A stretch of 64,000 nt of DNA from an uncultured Terricaulis sp. GTDB lineage: Bacteria > Pseudomonadota > Alphaproteobacteria > Caulobacterales > Aquidulcibacteraceae. A program made the translations under genes and the position numbers. The notes under the pieces are model-generated. The model did no database searches. It worked only from the letters and a program-made list of their open reading frames with translations, and was not told the DNA's origin. Position 1 is the first letter of the stretch. Every line of letters begins with the position of its first letter. Positions 27,052 through 36,681 of this stretch are shown here, piece by piece. Location: positions 2,689 to 66,688 of the forward strand of contig CAZZFE010000016.1 in assembly GCA_964653495.1 (NCBI GenBank), given 5' to 3'.

Positions 27052-27854
27052 GCGATTTTCAAGGCCGCGTCCTCATCATTGCCGGATCGGATTCCGGTGG
27101 CGGGGCGGGGATACAGGCTGACATCAAGACGATCACCGCGCTCGGCGGCTACGCCATGAGCGCCGTCACCGCGATCACGGTGCAGAACACGCTCGGCGTA
27201 TTCGGCGTGCATGAGGTTCCACCCGCGATCGTCGCCGATCAGGTGCGCGTGGTAATGGAAGATTTGGGCGCCGACGCGATCAAGACGGGCATGCTGGGTT
27301 CCGTGGAAATCGTGGAGACGGTTGCGCAATCGCTCGATTCCCACGCCAAGGGCGTTCCGGCCATCGTCGATCCCGTTATGATCGCCAAGGGCGGCGCGCC
27401 TCTGCTGCAGCAGCAAGCCGTTGGCGCTGTGCGGACGCTGATGCTGCCGCGCGCGGCGATGGTGACGCCGAATGCGCCGGAAGCGACGGAACTCACCGGC
27501 ATCGCCATCGATGGCGTCGAAGATCAAAAGCGCGCCGCCGACGCGCTGCTCAAACTTGGCGCCAAGGCCGCGTTGGTGAAGGGCGGCCACGTCGCCGGCG
27601 CGTGGGTCAACGACGTGCTCGCGACGCCGCACGGCATGAAAGTGTTCACCTCGCAGCGCATCGACACCAAGGCTACGCACGGCACCGGGTGCACGCTCGC
27701 TTCCGCCATTGCCGCCGGCGTCGCGCAGGGCATGGACGCGTTCGCCGCCGTCCAATGGGCGCGGCTTTACCTGTTGCAGGCGATCGCCGCCGCCCCCGGC
27801 CTCGGTCAAGGGCATCAGCCGCTGGGGCACAATTGGCCGTTCCGGCAGGACTAG
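27048..27854 (+). CDS. thiD: Hydroxymethylpyrimidine/phosphomethylpyrimidine kinase
   Basis: IAGSDSGGGAGIQADIKT, KTGML, DPVM and THGTGCT. Confidence 0.95.
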   Translation: MSDFQGRVLIIAGSDSGGGAGIQADIKTITALGGYAMSAVTAITVQNTLGVFGVHEVPPAIVADQVRVVMEDLGADAIKTGMLGSVEIVETVAQSLDSHAKGVPAIVDPVMIAKGGAPLLQQQAVGAVRTLMLPRAAMVTPNAPEATELTGIAIDGVEDQKRAADALLKLGAKAALVKGGHVAGAWVNDVLATPHGMKVFTSQRIDTKATHGTGCTLASAIAAGVAQGMDAFAAVQWARLYLLQAIAAAPGLGQGHQPLGHNWPFRQD

Positions 27855-27961
27855 TTCGCCTCAGAGGCGAGGGTAGGGCCACCCCAGAGCGGCGACAGCG
27901 CTAGCGCCCGCGCGCCCGGCTCGTCATATCTGAACGGGAATAGGGGAGCGCGCCGAGGCTC

Positions 27962-28969
27962 ATGCGCATCTGGATTGTCGACGTGTTCACGGACCGCGTG
28001 TTCAGCGGCAATCCGGCGGCTGTTGTGCCGCTGGAGCGCTGGCTGCCGGACGCGACTTTGCAGGCCATCGCCGCCGAGAACAGGCTGAGCGAAACCGCCT
28101 TCGTCGCGCCCACGGGCTTGCGCGGCAATTACCAGCTGCGCTGGTTCACGCCGACCACAGAGGTGCCGATCTGCGGCCACGCGACGCTCGCCGCAGGCGC
28201 GATGCTGCTTTCGGAATTGGAGCCGGAACTCGAAGTCGTGGTGTTTGACACCCACGCCGGCGCGCTCGTCGTGCGCGCGACCAAGGAAGGCTACACGCTC
28301 GATCTGCCGCGCCGCGCGCGCAGCCCATGGACGGCGCCTGCGGAGATCGTCGAAGCGATCGGCAATCCGCGCATCGCTGACGCGTTCGTCGCCGAGTACG
28401 CAAACCTCGTGCTTGAGAACGAGCAAGCGGTGCGCGACGTGAAGCCCGATTTCGCGGCAATCAATCGCTATGTGCGCGGACCGCGCCAAGGTTGCCTGGT
28501 GATCACTGCGCCCGCGGATGAAGGCAAGCCGTACGATTTCGTCTCGCGCTTCTTTGCGCCGGGCGCTGGCGTGCCGGAAGATCCGGTGACGGGTTCGGCG
28601 TTCGCGGACGTCGCGCCGTATTGGTGCGATCGTTTGGACATGGAAAGCGTCGTTGGCTTCCAAGCGTCGAAGCGCGGTGGCTACACGCGCGCTGTGCAGA
28701 CATTATCGAGCGTGCGCCTGCACGGGCAAGTCGCGGTGTATCTGCGCGGCGAACTCGATGCGGCGGTCGCGCGATTGAACAATCGCGAGGAAGAGCCCGA
28801 AGCGCCGCGCCGCAAGCCGCGGCGCGCGCGCAAGGCGCGGCAAATGCCGGCTCTGTTCGAGGAGCCGCAGCTGCCGGACCTCAATGGCGAAGCGCCGGTG
28901 TCACCCACCTCGCACCCCGCGCCGCCGGAGAGCGAACAGCCCCCGCCTCGGATCGTGGTCGAGAAATAA
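27962..28969 (+). CDS. PhzF-family epimerase/isomerase
   Basis: GNPAAV, SETAF, CGHATLA and EDPVTGSA. Confidence 0.92.
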   Translation: MRIWIVDVFTDRVFSGNPAAVVPLERWLPDATLQAIAAENRLSETAFVAPTGLRGNYQLRWFTPTTEVPICGHATLAAGAMLLSELEPELEVVVFDTHAGALVVRATKEGYTLDLPRRARSPWTAPAEIVEAIGNPRIADAFVAEYANLVLENEQAVRDVKPDFAAINRYVRGPRQGCLVITAPADEGKPYDFVSRFFAPGAGVPEDPVTGSAFADVAPYWCDRLDMESVVGFQASKRGGYTRAVQTLSSVRLHGQVAVYLRGELDAAVARLNNREEEPEAPRRKPRRARKARQMPALFEEPQLPDLNGEAPVSPTSHPAPPESEQPPPRIVVEK

Positions 28970-29019
28970 GCGCTCAGACGCCGTTGCCGGCTCGAGCTAA
29001 AACGCGCTTAAATAGGCTT

Positions 29020-30645
29020 ATGATACCGGTTACCAATCGTCGCGCTCTGCTGGCCGCCGCGTCCGCCTTGGCACTGGCTGGATGCGCTTCGACGCCGGTG
29101 GCGCCCGCCGAGCATGCGCCCACCATAGCGGCGATGAAGCGCGCGACGCGCTTCATGCGCGAGCGGTGCGCCTATCGCGGCGGCTATGTGTGGAGTTATC
29201 TGCCGGATTTCTCGCGCCGCTGGGGCGAGATGGAAGCGTTTCCAACGATGATCTGGATCCAGCCGCCGGGCACGGCGACGATGGGTCACCTCTTCCTCGA
29301 TTGCTATCACGCGACGGGTGATCGCTATTTCCACGAAAGCGCTTGCGAGGTAGCCGACGGGCTCGTCGCGGCGCAGCACGAAGCGGGTGGTTGGAACTAT
29401 CTGCACGATTTCGCCGGCGAGGCTTCGACGCGCCGCTGGTACGACACGATCGGCAAGAACGGCTGGCGTCTCGAAGAATTCCACCATTATTACGGCAACG
29501 CGACCTTTGACGATGCGGGCACGTCTGAAGCCTCGCAATTCTTGTTGCGCGTCTATCTCGAACGCCGCGAGCGCAAATACGGAGCGCCGCTCGAACGCGC
29601 GATCCGCTTCGTGCTCGACAGCCAATACGAAAACGGCGGCTGGCCGCAGCGTTTTCCGTTCAACCAGGATGGCGGCCTGCATGGCCGGCGCGATTACACG
29701 CGCGACATCACCTTTAATGACGATGTCGCCGGCGAGAACATCAAATTCCTGCTGATGGTCTATCAAACTATGGGCGATGAGCGCGCTTTGGCGGCGATCC
29801 ATCGCGCCATGAACGTGTTTGTCGCCACCCAGCAGCCCGCGCCGCAAGCCGGGTGGGGGCTGCAGCATCGCGTCGATACGCTGGCGCCGGTTGGTGCGCG
29901 CACCTATGAGCCGGATGCGCTGACGACGCACACGACCGCCAACAACATCAGCCAGCTGCTGAATTTCTACGAATGGACCGGCGAGCGCCGCTTCCTGGCG
30001 CGTGTGCCCGAGGCTTTGGCGTGGCTGGAGAGCGTGAAGCTGGCCGAGAGCCAAGTGCGCGTGGCCGGGCGGCGCTATCCGACGTTCATCGAGATCGGCA
30101 CCAACCGCGCGCGGATCGTCCATCGCCGTGGCTCGAACGTCGTCAATGGCGCGTATTATTTCGACTACAGCACCGAAAAGCCGATCACGCACTACTCGCA
30201 ATGGCGCGCCATCGATGCGGATGCGCTCAGCGCACGCTACGAGCGCCTGGCCTCAGCGAATGAAGCGGAACTCCGCGCGCGCTCGCCATTCAACCCGCGT
30301 CCGGATTTCCAGCTGCCGCGTTTCTTCACCACGCAGAACATCGAGGTCTCGGACCTCAATTCAAACGCCGGCTCCGGCGCGGTGCAGCGTCCGAACGCGG
30401 CGCGCGTGGCTGAATTGATCGCGGGCCTCAATAGCGAAGGCTATTGGCCATCGCCGCTGACCGCGACGTCCAATCCGTACATCGGCGATGGTTCGCCCAA
30501 TCCGGCGCCTGGCGATTTTTCACAAACCCAGGTTGGCGACGTGTTCGACACCTCGCCCTACATCACGCAAACGCCCGTCACCGGCATTTCAACCGGCGTG
30601 TTCATCCAGAACATGAGTGCGCTGCTGCTTTCGTTGGCTGGATAA
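29020..30645 (+). CDS. Pectate lyase (PelA/PL10-like), Tat-type lipoprotein signal
   Basis: NRRALL...LAGC; ATFDD, QYENGGWPQ, ITFNDD and ARTYEP. Confidence 0.8.
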   Translation: MIPVTNRRALLAAASALALAGCASTPVAPAEHAPTIAAMKRATRFMRERCAYRGGYVWSYLPDFSRRWGEMEAFPTMIWIQPPGTATMGHLFLDCYHATGDRYFHESACEVADGLVAAQHEAGGWNYLHDFAGEASTRRWYDTIGKNGWRLEEFHHYYGNATFDDAGTSEASQFLLRVYLERRERKYGAPLERAIRFVLDSQYENGGWPQRFPFNQDGGLHGRRDYTRDITFNDDVAGENIKFLLMVYQTMGDERALAAIHRAMNVFVATQQPAPQAGWGLQHRVDTLAPVGARTYEPDALTTHTTANNISQLLNFYEWTGERRFLARVPEALAWLESVKLAESQVRVAGRRYPTFIEIGTNRARIVHRRGSNVVNGAYYFDYSTEKPITHYSQWRAIDADALSARYERLASANEAELRARSPFNPRPDFQLPRFFTTQNIEVSDLNSNAGSGAVQRPNAARVAELIAGLNSEGYWPSPLTATSNPYIGDGSPNPAPGDFSQTQVGDVFDTSPYITQTPVTGISTGVFIQNMSALLLSLAG

Positions 30646-30659
30646 GCGCACCCCTCATG

Positions 30660-30790
30660 CTCGCCCTTGATGGGCGAGCTGTCGGCGCGCGGGGCGCGAC
30701 GACTGAGTGGGTGGCGGCGCCGCTTTTTCCGGCACGGAGCTGTCACCCACTCCGGCCGCTTCGCGGCCACCTCGCCCATCAAGGGCGAGG
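30660..30790. repeat. REP-like inverted pair
   Basis: CTCGCCCTTGATGGGCGAG...GAGTGGGTG and CACCCACTC...CTCGCCCATCAAGGGCGAG. Confidence 0.75.
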
Positions 30791-30867
30791 ATCAGGTGCT
30801 TCAACTGCGGCTAAAGCGTCGCCCCCGTTGCTTTTGCGGTCGAATGAGAGCACCAGCGTCAACGGGC

Positions 30868-30910
30868 CATCCGCTCCCAACGGCGGACGCTCATCTGTGA
30901 GGATGGGAGA
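30868..30910 (+). promoter_or_regulatory. Structured serC leader (candidate alphaproteobacterial serC element)
   Basis: Hairpins TCCGC/GCGGA and CTCA/TGAG; CTCCCA is complementary to the RBS TGGGAG. Confidence 0.45.
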
Positions 30911-30917
30911 CAAGTTG

Positions 30918-32081
30918 ATGACAATACCCCCCAAGCCGGGCGTGCGCCCGGCTGACGCCCGTTTTTCTTCGGGCCCCACCAAAAAACGTCCTGGTTGGTC
31001 GGTCGCTGCGCTTGAGGGCGCATCGCTCGGTCGTTCGCATCGCTCCAAGCCTGGCAAAGCCAAGCTGAAGGAAGCGATCGACCGCACGCGCGCCGTGCTC
31101 GGCGTGCCGGAGACGCACAAGATCGCCATCGTGCCAGCGTCCGACACGGGCGCGATCGAAATGACGATGTGGTCGATGCTCGGCGTGCGTCCGGTCGATA
31201 TCTTCGCCTGGGAAAGCTTCGGCGAAGAATGGGTCACGGACGCCAAGCAACTGAAGCTCGACGCCAAGGCGCACACGGTTTCCGCTTATGGCGCGCTGCC
31301 TGATTTCAAGGCCGTGCGCAAAGATGCGGACATCATCTTTACGCAGAACGGCACCACGTCCGGCGTGAAAATCCCGAACTTTGATTGGATTCCTGCCGAT
31401 CGCGAAGGCATCACCATCAACGACGCGACGAGCGCTGTGTTCGCGCAGCCGATCGACTGGGCCAAGTGCGATGTGGTCACGTTCTCGTGGCAGAAGGTGC
31501 TCGGCGGCGAGGGCGCGCACGGCATGCTGATCCTCGGGCCCCGCGCGATTGCGCGGCTCGAGAGCTACACGCCGGATCGTCCGCTGCCGAAAATTTTCCG
31601 TATGACCAAGAAGGGCAAGCTGGATGCGGAGCTGTTTGAAGGCTCCACCATCAACACGCCCTCGCTGTTGGCGACGGAAGATTATCTCGACGCGCTGCGC
31701 TGGGCCGAAAGCCTCGGCGGCGGCGAAGCTCTGATCGCGCGCGCGAACGCGAACGCGAAAGTGCTGTTCGATTGGGCCGAACGCACGCCGTGGGTGGCGA
31801 ACCTCGCCAACGATGCGGCGACGCGTTCGAACACCAGCGTCTGCCTCAAGGTCGTCGATCCGCGCGTCACCTCACTCTCCGAGGAAGGCCAGGCCGAGTT
31901 CGCCAAGAAGCTCGCAGGCTTGCTGGAGAAAGAGGGCGCAGCGCTCGACGCCGCCTCCTATCGCGCCGCGCCTCCAGGCCTGCGCATCTGGTGCGGCGCG
32001 ACGGTGGAAGCTTCTGATCTCGAAGCGCTCACGCCGTGGTTGGACTGGGCGTTCGCGACGCTCGTGGCCGAATTGACTTAA
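30918..32081 (+). CDS. serC: Phosphoserine aminotransferase
   Basis: FSSGPTKKRPGW, GRSHRS, DATSAVFA, FSWQK and TINTPS. Confidence 0.95.
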   Translation: MTIPPKPGVRPADARFSSGPTKKRPGWSVAALEGASLGRSHRSKPGKAKLKEAIDRTRAVLGVPETHKIAIVPASDTGAIEMTMWSMLGVRPVDIFAWESFGEEWVTDAKQLKLDAKAHTVSAYGALPDFKAVRKDADIIFTQNGTTSGVKIPNFDWIPADREGITINDATSAVFAQPIDWAKCDVVTFSWQKVLGGEGAHGMLILGPRAIARLESYTPDRPLPKIFRMTKKGKLDAELFEGSTINTPSLLATEDYLDALRWAESLGGGEALIARANANAKVLFDWAERTPWVANLANDAATRSNTSVCLKVVDPRVTSLSEEGQAEFAKKLAGLLEKEGAALDAASYRAAPPGLRIWCGATVEASDLEALTPWLDWAFATLVAELT

Positions 32082-32086
32082 GTCGT

Positions 32087-32218
32087 CCCTCCCCCCTTGT
32101 GGGAGAGGGTGGCCGACGAAGTCGGCCGGGTGAGGGGTGCGAGCGCGAGCGTTTTGGAGTTGTGGCTTTACCCCTCATCCGGCGCTTCGCGCCACCTTCT
32201 CCCACAAGGGGAGAAGGG
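32087..32218. repeat. REP-like inverted pair (same family as 13905 and 30660)
   Basis: CCCTCCCCCCTTGTGGGAGAGGG...GGTGAGGGG and CCCCTCATCCGG...CTTCTCCCACAAGGGGAGAAGGG. Confidence 0.8.
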
Positions 32219-32241
32219 CGTCGTTGCGAAAGGGCGCGCAA

Positions 32242-32541
32242 ATGACTCAGCGTGAAACCAGCGCCAGCATCGCCCAATGGGGCGCGGAGACGTTTGGCGA
32301 GGTCGCCGATCTCACCGTGCTCACGCAACGCGCGCGCATCGAGTTCGAGGAACTCGAGCACGCCGTGCGCGCGGGCGATGTGGACGAAATCGGCCGCGAG
32401 GCCGCCGACGTGATGATCCTTCTGCATCGTCTCGTCGGCCTTGTCGGCAAAGACCTCGCGTCCGAGGTGGACGCGAAAATGCAAATCAACCGGGCACGGC
32501 GTTGGCGCTTGAGCGGCGACGGCGTCGGCCAGCACGAATAA
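32242..32541 (+). CDS. MazG-like all-alpha NTP pyrophosphohydrolase
   Basis: W..ETFG, EFEEL, EAADV and KMQINRAR. Confidence 0.75.
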   Translation: MTQRETSASIAQWGAETFGEVADLTVLTQRARIEFEELEHAVRAGDVDEIGREAADVMILLHRLVGLVGKDLASEVDAKMQINRARRWRLSGDGVGQHE

Positions 32542-32553
32542 CGGAGCAATCCC

Positions 32554-34134
32554 ATGCCAAAAGTTCTGATCAGCGACGAACTCAGCGAAGCCGCCGTCGA
32601 GATCTTCCGCGCGCGCGGGATCGAGGTGGATTTTCAGCCCAATCTCGGGCCGGATGCGGCGAAACTCAAAGAGATCATCGGCAATTACGATGGCCTCGCC
32701 ATTCGCTCGGCCACCAAAGTGAAGGCCGATATCATCGCCGCGGCGAAGAATCTGAAGGTCGTCGGCCGCGCTGGCATCGGTGTCGATAACGTCGATATTC
32801 CCGCCGCCACCGCGAAGGGCATCGTGGTGATGAACACGCCGTTCGGCAATTCGATCACAACCGCCGAACACGCGATCGCTTTGATGTTCGCCGCCGCGCG
32901 GCAAATTCCGGAAGCCAACGTCTCGACCCAAGCCGGCAAGTGGGAAAAGAACCGCTTCATGGGCCGCGAGCTCTACGCCAAGACGCTGGGCCTCATCGGT
33001 TGCGGCAATATTGGCTCGATCGTCGCCGATCGCGCGCTTGGCCTGAAGATGAAGGTCGTCGCCTACGATCCGTTCCTGTCGCCGGAGCGGGCGGTCGCGA
33101 TCGGCGTCGAGAAAGCGGAGCTGGATGAGGTGCTCGCGCGCGCGGACGTGATTTCGCTGCACGTGCCGATGACGGAAAAGACGAAGAACATCCTCAGCCG
33201 CGAGAACCTCGCCAAGACGAAGAAGGGCGTGATGATCGTCAACGCCGCTCGTGGTGGTTTGGTGGATGAAGCGGCGCTCCTCGATGCGCTGAAAAGCGAG
33301 CACGTCGCCGCCGCGGCGTTCGACGTGTTCACCGTCGAGCCGGCGAAGGAAAACCCGCTGTTCGGCGCGCCGAACTTCATCGCCACACCGCACCTCGGCG
33401 CCTCGACCAACGAAGCGCAGGAAAACGTTGCGCTGCAGGTGGCCGAGCAGATGAGCGATTATCTGCTCACCGGCGCGGTGACGAACGCGCTCAACATGCC
33501 CTCGATCAGCGCCGAAGAAGCGCCGCGCCTGAAGCCGTTCGCGGCGCTGGCGGAAAAGCTCGGCGCGTTCGCGGGGCAGGTGGTCGATGAAGGCCTCGAA
33601 GCGGTTGAGATCGAGTTCGAAGGCGAAGTCGCCAAGCTCAACATGAAGCCGCTGACAGCCGCCGCGCTCGCGGGCGTGCTGCGGCCGCTGCTGCAGGACG
33701 TGAACGTCGTCTCCGCGCCAGCCTTGCTCAAAGAGCGCGGCGTGTCGCTGACGGAATCCACGCGCGACAGTTCGCCGACCTATGACAGCCTCATCCGCAT
33801 CAAGGTGAAAACCGGCGGCAAGTGGCGGCGTGTCGCCGGCGCCGTGATCGCCGGCGCGCCGAAGATCGTTGAAGTGAAGGAGATGCAGCTCGAAGCGCCC
33901 TTCCATCCGGTGATGCTGTTTATCAACAATTCCGACAAGCCAGGCTTCATCGGCGCGCTAGGCACATTGCTTGGCGATGCGAAGATCAACATCGCCACCT
34001 TCCATCTCGGCCGTGAAGGCGAGGGCGAAGATGCGATCGCGCTTGTCGGTGTCGACCAGGTCGTCCCCGACGACGTGATCGGAAAGATCAAAGCATTGCC
34101 GCAAGTGCGGTACGCGAAGGTTCTCCGCTTCTAG
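32554..34134 (+). CDS. serA: D-3-phosphoglycerate dehydrogenase
   Basis: GRAGIGVDN, GCGNIG, NAARGG, TPHLGAST and C-terminal ACT domain. Confidence 0.97.
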   Translation: MPKVLISDELSEAAVEIFRARGIEVDFQPNLGPDAAKLKEIIGNYDGLAIRSATKVKADIIAAAKNLKVVGRAGIGVDNVDIPAATAKGIVVMNTPFGNSITTAEHAIALMFAAARQIPEANVSTQAGKWEKNRFMGRELYAKTLGLIGCGNIGSIVADRALGLKMKVVAYDPFLSPERAVAIGVEKAELDEVLARADVISLHVPMTEKTKNILSRENLAKTKKGVMIVNAARGGLVDEAALLDALKSEHVAAAAFDVFTVEPAKENPLFGAPNFIATPHLGASTNEAQENVALQVAEQMSDYLLTGAVTNALNMPSISAEEAPRLKPFAALAEKLGAFAGQVVDEGLEAVEIEFEGEVAKLNMKPLTAAALAGVLRPLLQDVNVVSAPALLKERGVSLTESTRDSSPTYDSLIRIKVKTGGKWRRVAGAVIAGAPKIVEVKEMQLEAPFHPVMLFINNSDKPGFIGALGTLLGDAKINIATFHLGREGEGEDAIALVGVDQVVPDDVIGKIKALPQVRYAKVLRF

Positions 34135-34201
34135 CCGGAACCCGCGCGGTCCAGTTGCGTTCGCCCTCTTAGCGCTGTCGTGCGCGAAGAGGGGACGATC
34201 A

Positions 34202-34807
34202 ATGAAACGAACGCTTCTGGGCACGGCCGCGGCTTTGCTTGCCGGTCTGATCGCGACGCCGGCGTCGGCGCATGTCGAGGAAATCCGCCTCGGCGTTGTG
34301 CAGCACAATATCCGCACCGATCACGGCGATCTGGCTGACCCGAAGGAAGACGGGCCGAACGTCGAAGCCGAACTCGTGTTCTCGACGCCGGATTTTCTCA
34401 AATGGGCCGGCACGCCGCGACCGTACGCGATGGTTTCGTACAACACGGCAGGCAATACGAGCTTCGGCGGCGTCGGCGTCTATTGGCGCATCGCGCTCGG
34501 TGAGGATTGGGCGTTCGAGCCGGGCTTTGGCTACGTCATCCATGACGGCGAACTCGACATCCCCGACACGTTCGCGCCCGATAGCCCGGAAGCGACCGCA
34601 TTCGAAGCTGAGCATCAGCTGCTTGGCTCGCGCGACCTCTTCCGCACCTCGTTCGCGCTGGAGCGGGAGGTCGGCAATCACTTCGCCTGGCAGATTTATT
34701 ACGAGCACCTCAGCCACGGCCAAATCCTCGACACTGGCCGTAACCAGGGGTTGGATGAGGCCGGAATCCGCGTGATTTTCCGCCTCGACCCTGACGCCGC
34801 GGACTGA
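34202..34807 (+). CDS. Acyloxyacyl hydrolase / lipid A 3-O-deacylase-like outer membrane protein
   Basis: Signal peptide; LGSRDLFR, EHLSHG and NQGLD. Confidence 0.78.
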   Translation: MKRTLLGTAAALLAGLIATPASAHVEEIRLGVVQHNIRTDHGDLADPKEDGPNVEAELVFSTPDFLKWAGTPRPYAMVSYNTAGNTSFGGVGVYWRIALGEDWAFEPGFGYVIHDGELDIPDTFAPDSPEATAFEAEHQLLGSRDLFRTSFALEREVGNHFAWQIYYEHLSHGQILDTGRNQGLDEAGIRVIFRLDPDAAD

Positions 34808-34882
34808 GATTGCGGCGCCCGGCGCTTTCCCCGACCTAACGAAACGGTCTAAGTTCGCGTCCAACGACTGAGGGGACGAAAC

Positions 34883-35464
34883 ATGCGGGGAAAGACGGCG
34901 GGATTGCTCGCCCTGGGGGCTGCGCTGGCCGCGCCGACGCAGGCGCAAGCTGTGGAGAGCGTGCATATCGGCGTGATGGCGCACAATATTTGCGTCACCG
35001 ATTGCAAGAACGCCGGCAAGGAGCAGGGACCTTCGGTCGAGTTTCAAGTGAATTGGGGTTCACCGGATTTTCTGAGCTGGGCCGGTTCGCCGCGTCCGTA
35101 CGCGGTCGTCTCCGTGAACACGTCGAGCGATACGAGCTTCGGCGGCGTCGGCCTCGAATGGAGCTTTCCAGTCTCCGAGCATTGGTCGATCGAGCCGGGC
35201 TTCGGCTACGTCATCCATGACGGCGAGACGAATTTGCCGTACGCGTCTGGCACGCCGGAGGCCGCGGCGTTCACCGAGAACCACGTGCTGCTTGGCTCAC
35301 GCGATCTTTTCCGCACATCGCTTGGCGTGACGCGTGATTTCGATGGCCCGTGGGAAGCGCAAGTGTTCTTCTCGCACCTGAGCCACGGCCAAATTCTCGG
35401 CAACGGCCGCAATCAAGGCATGGATCAGCTCGGCTTGCGCTTTGGTTATCGCTTCGGCGGGTAG
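34883..35464 (+). CDS. Acyloxyacyl hydrolase-like protein, tandem paralogue
   Basis: Shares PRPYA, EPGFGYVIHDGE, LLGSRDLFRTS, HLSHGQIL and GRNQG with the previous gene. Confidence 0.78.
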   Translation: MRGKTAGLLALGAALAAPTQAQAVESVHIGVMAHNICVTDCKNAGKEQGPSVEFQVNWGSPDFLSWAGSPRPYAVVSVNTSSDTSFGGVGLEWSFPVSEHWSIEPGFGYVIHDGETNLPYASGTPEAAAFTENHVLLGSRDLFRTSLGVTRDFDGPWEAQVFFSHLSHGQILGNGRNQGMDQLGLRFGYRFGG

Positions 35465-35496
35465 CTCAAGCGCGCTGACCTAGAACGGGGGAGCGC

Positions 35497-36678
35497 ATGG
35501 GCCAACATCTCAAAGCTCGGTTCACGCGGCCGGGGCCTAAGCGCATTTTGGCGCTCGATGGTGGCGGCGTGCGTGGTCTGCTCACCATTGGCATGCTGGC
35601 GCAGCTTGAAGAGAATTTGCGCCGTCGCAGCGGCAAGCCGGATTATCGGCTGAGCGAGTATTTCGATCTGATCGGCGGCACATCGACGGGCTCGATCATC
35701 GCCACGGGCCTTGCGCTTGGCATGAGCGTCGGCGAGCTATCCGCGCTCTACAAAACCGTGATCCCCAAAGTGTTCAAGCGGCCGTGGCTGCAGAGCCTTG
35801 GCATCTTCGCGCCGGTGTTCAACAGCGGCCCGCTGGCAAACGCGCTGGCGGCGGAATTTCGCGGGCGCACGCTCGAATCCGAGGATTTGCGCACCGGCCT
35901 CGCGATCCACTCGAAGCGTATCGATACCGGCAGCGCCTGGATCGTCACCAACAATGCCGATTGGGTGTACGCCCAGCACAATTTCGGCTTCCGCCTGCGC
36001 GACATCGTGCAAGCAAGCGCCGCCGCGCCGCACTATTTCCAAGGCGTGTTCATCAAGCTGCCCGTGAAGGGCGACGCCGACTTGACGCAGAACATGTTCG
36101 TCATCGATGGCGGCGTGGCGGGTTACAACAATCCGGCGTTTGAGTTGGCGATCGCCGCGACCGATCCGGCGTTTGGGTACAATTGGAAGCCTGGCAAGGA
36201 TGACATGTACATCCTCTCGCTCGGCACCGGCTTCTTCCGCGAGCGTACGGACGCGAAACGCTATCGCCGCAAGACGTTCGTTGGCCAAACGCTGAACGCG
36301 CTGCGCGGCATGATCCACGACGTCTCGCTCCAGCAGATCGCCTACATGCAGGCGATCTCGGAGAGCGGTCAGCGTTGGTACATCAACAGCGAGAAGGGCG
36401 ATCAGCCGACTGCGCCGTATCTCTCGCCGCAGCCGCTGCTGCACTTCCAGCGCTACGACGCGCGCGTGGAGCAGATCGAAGAGGGGCTTCGCCGCCCCGA
36501 ACATGCGCAGAGATTGCTGAACAGCGAGCTGACGCCGGCCGAGCTCAAAGCGCTTGGCGAGATCACCAATTCGACGCAGTCAAACCTCCACATGCTCTAC
36601 GAGATCGGCGCGCGCGCGGGGCAGCACTATCTTGGCGTCGCGCCGCCGCCGCAGAAATTCGATCCGCAGGCTTGGTGA
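35497..36678 (+). CDS. Patatin-like phospholipase
   Basis: DGGGVRG, GTSTG, SAAAP and DGG motifs. Confidence 0.92.
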   Translation: MGQHLKARFTRPGPKRILALDGGGVRGLLTIGMLAQLEENLRRRSGKPDYRLSEYFDLIGGTSTGSIIATGLALGMSVGELSALYKTVIPKVFKRPWLQSLGIFAPVFNSGPLANALAAEFRGRTLESEDLRTGLAIHSKRIDTGSAWIVTNNADWVYAQHNFGFRLRDIVQASAAAPHYFQGVFIKLPVKGDADLTQNMFVIDGGVAGYNNPAFELAIAATDPAFGYNWKPGKDDMYILSLGTGFFRERTDAKRYRRKTFVGQTLNALRGMIHDVSLQQIAYMQAISESGQRWYINSEKGDQPTAPYLSPQPLLHFQRYDARVEQIEEGLRRPEHAQRLLNSELTPAELKALGEITNSTQSNLHMLYEIGARAGQHYLGVAPPPQKFDPQAW

Positions 36679-36681
36679 GCG

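Noticed and set aside
32029-33906. 625-aa antisense ORF over serA (similar ones over purA, phoD and asmA)
   Set aside because: Typical antisense shadow of high-GC codon bias.
35497-36678. Patatin as a CBASS effector
   Set aside because: No nucleotidyltransferase or other defence genes are adjacent.
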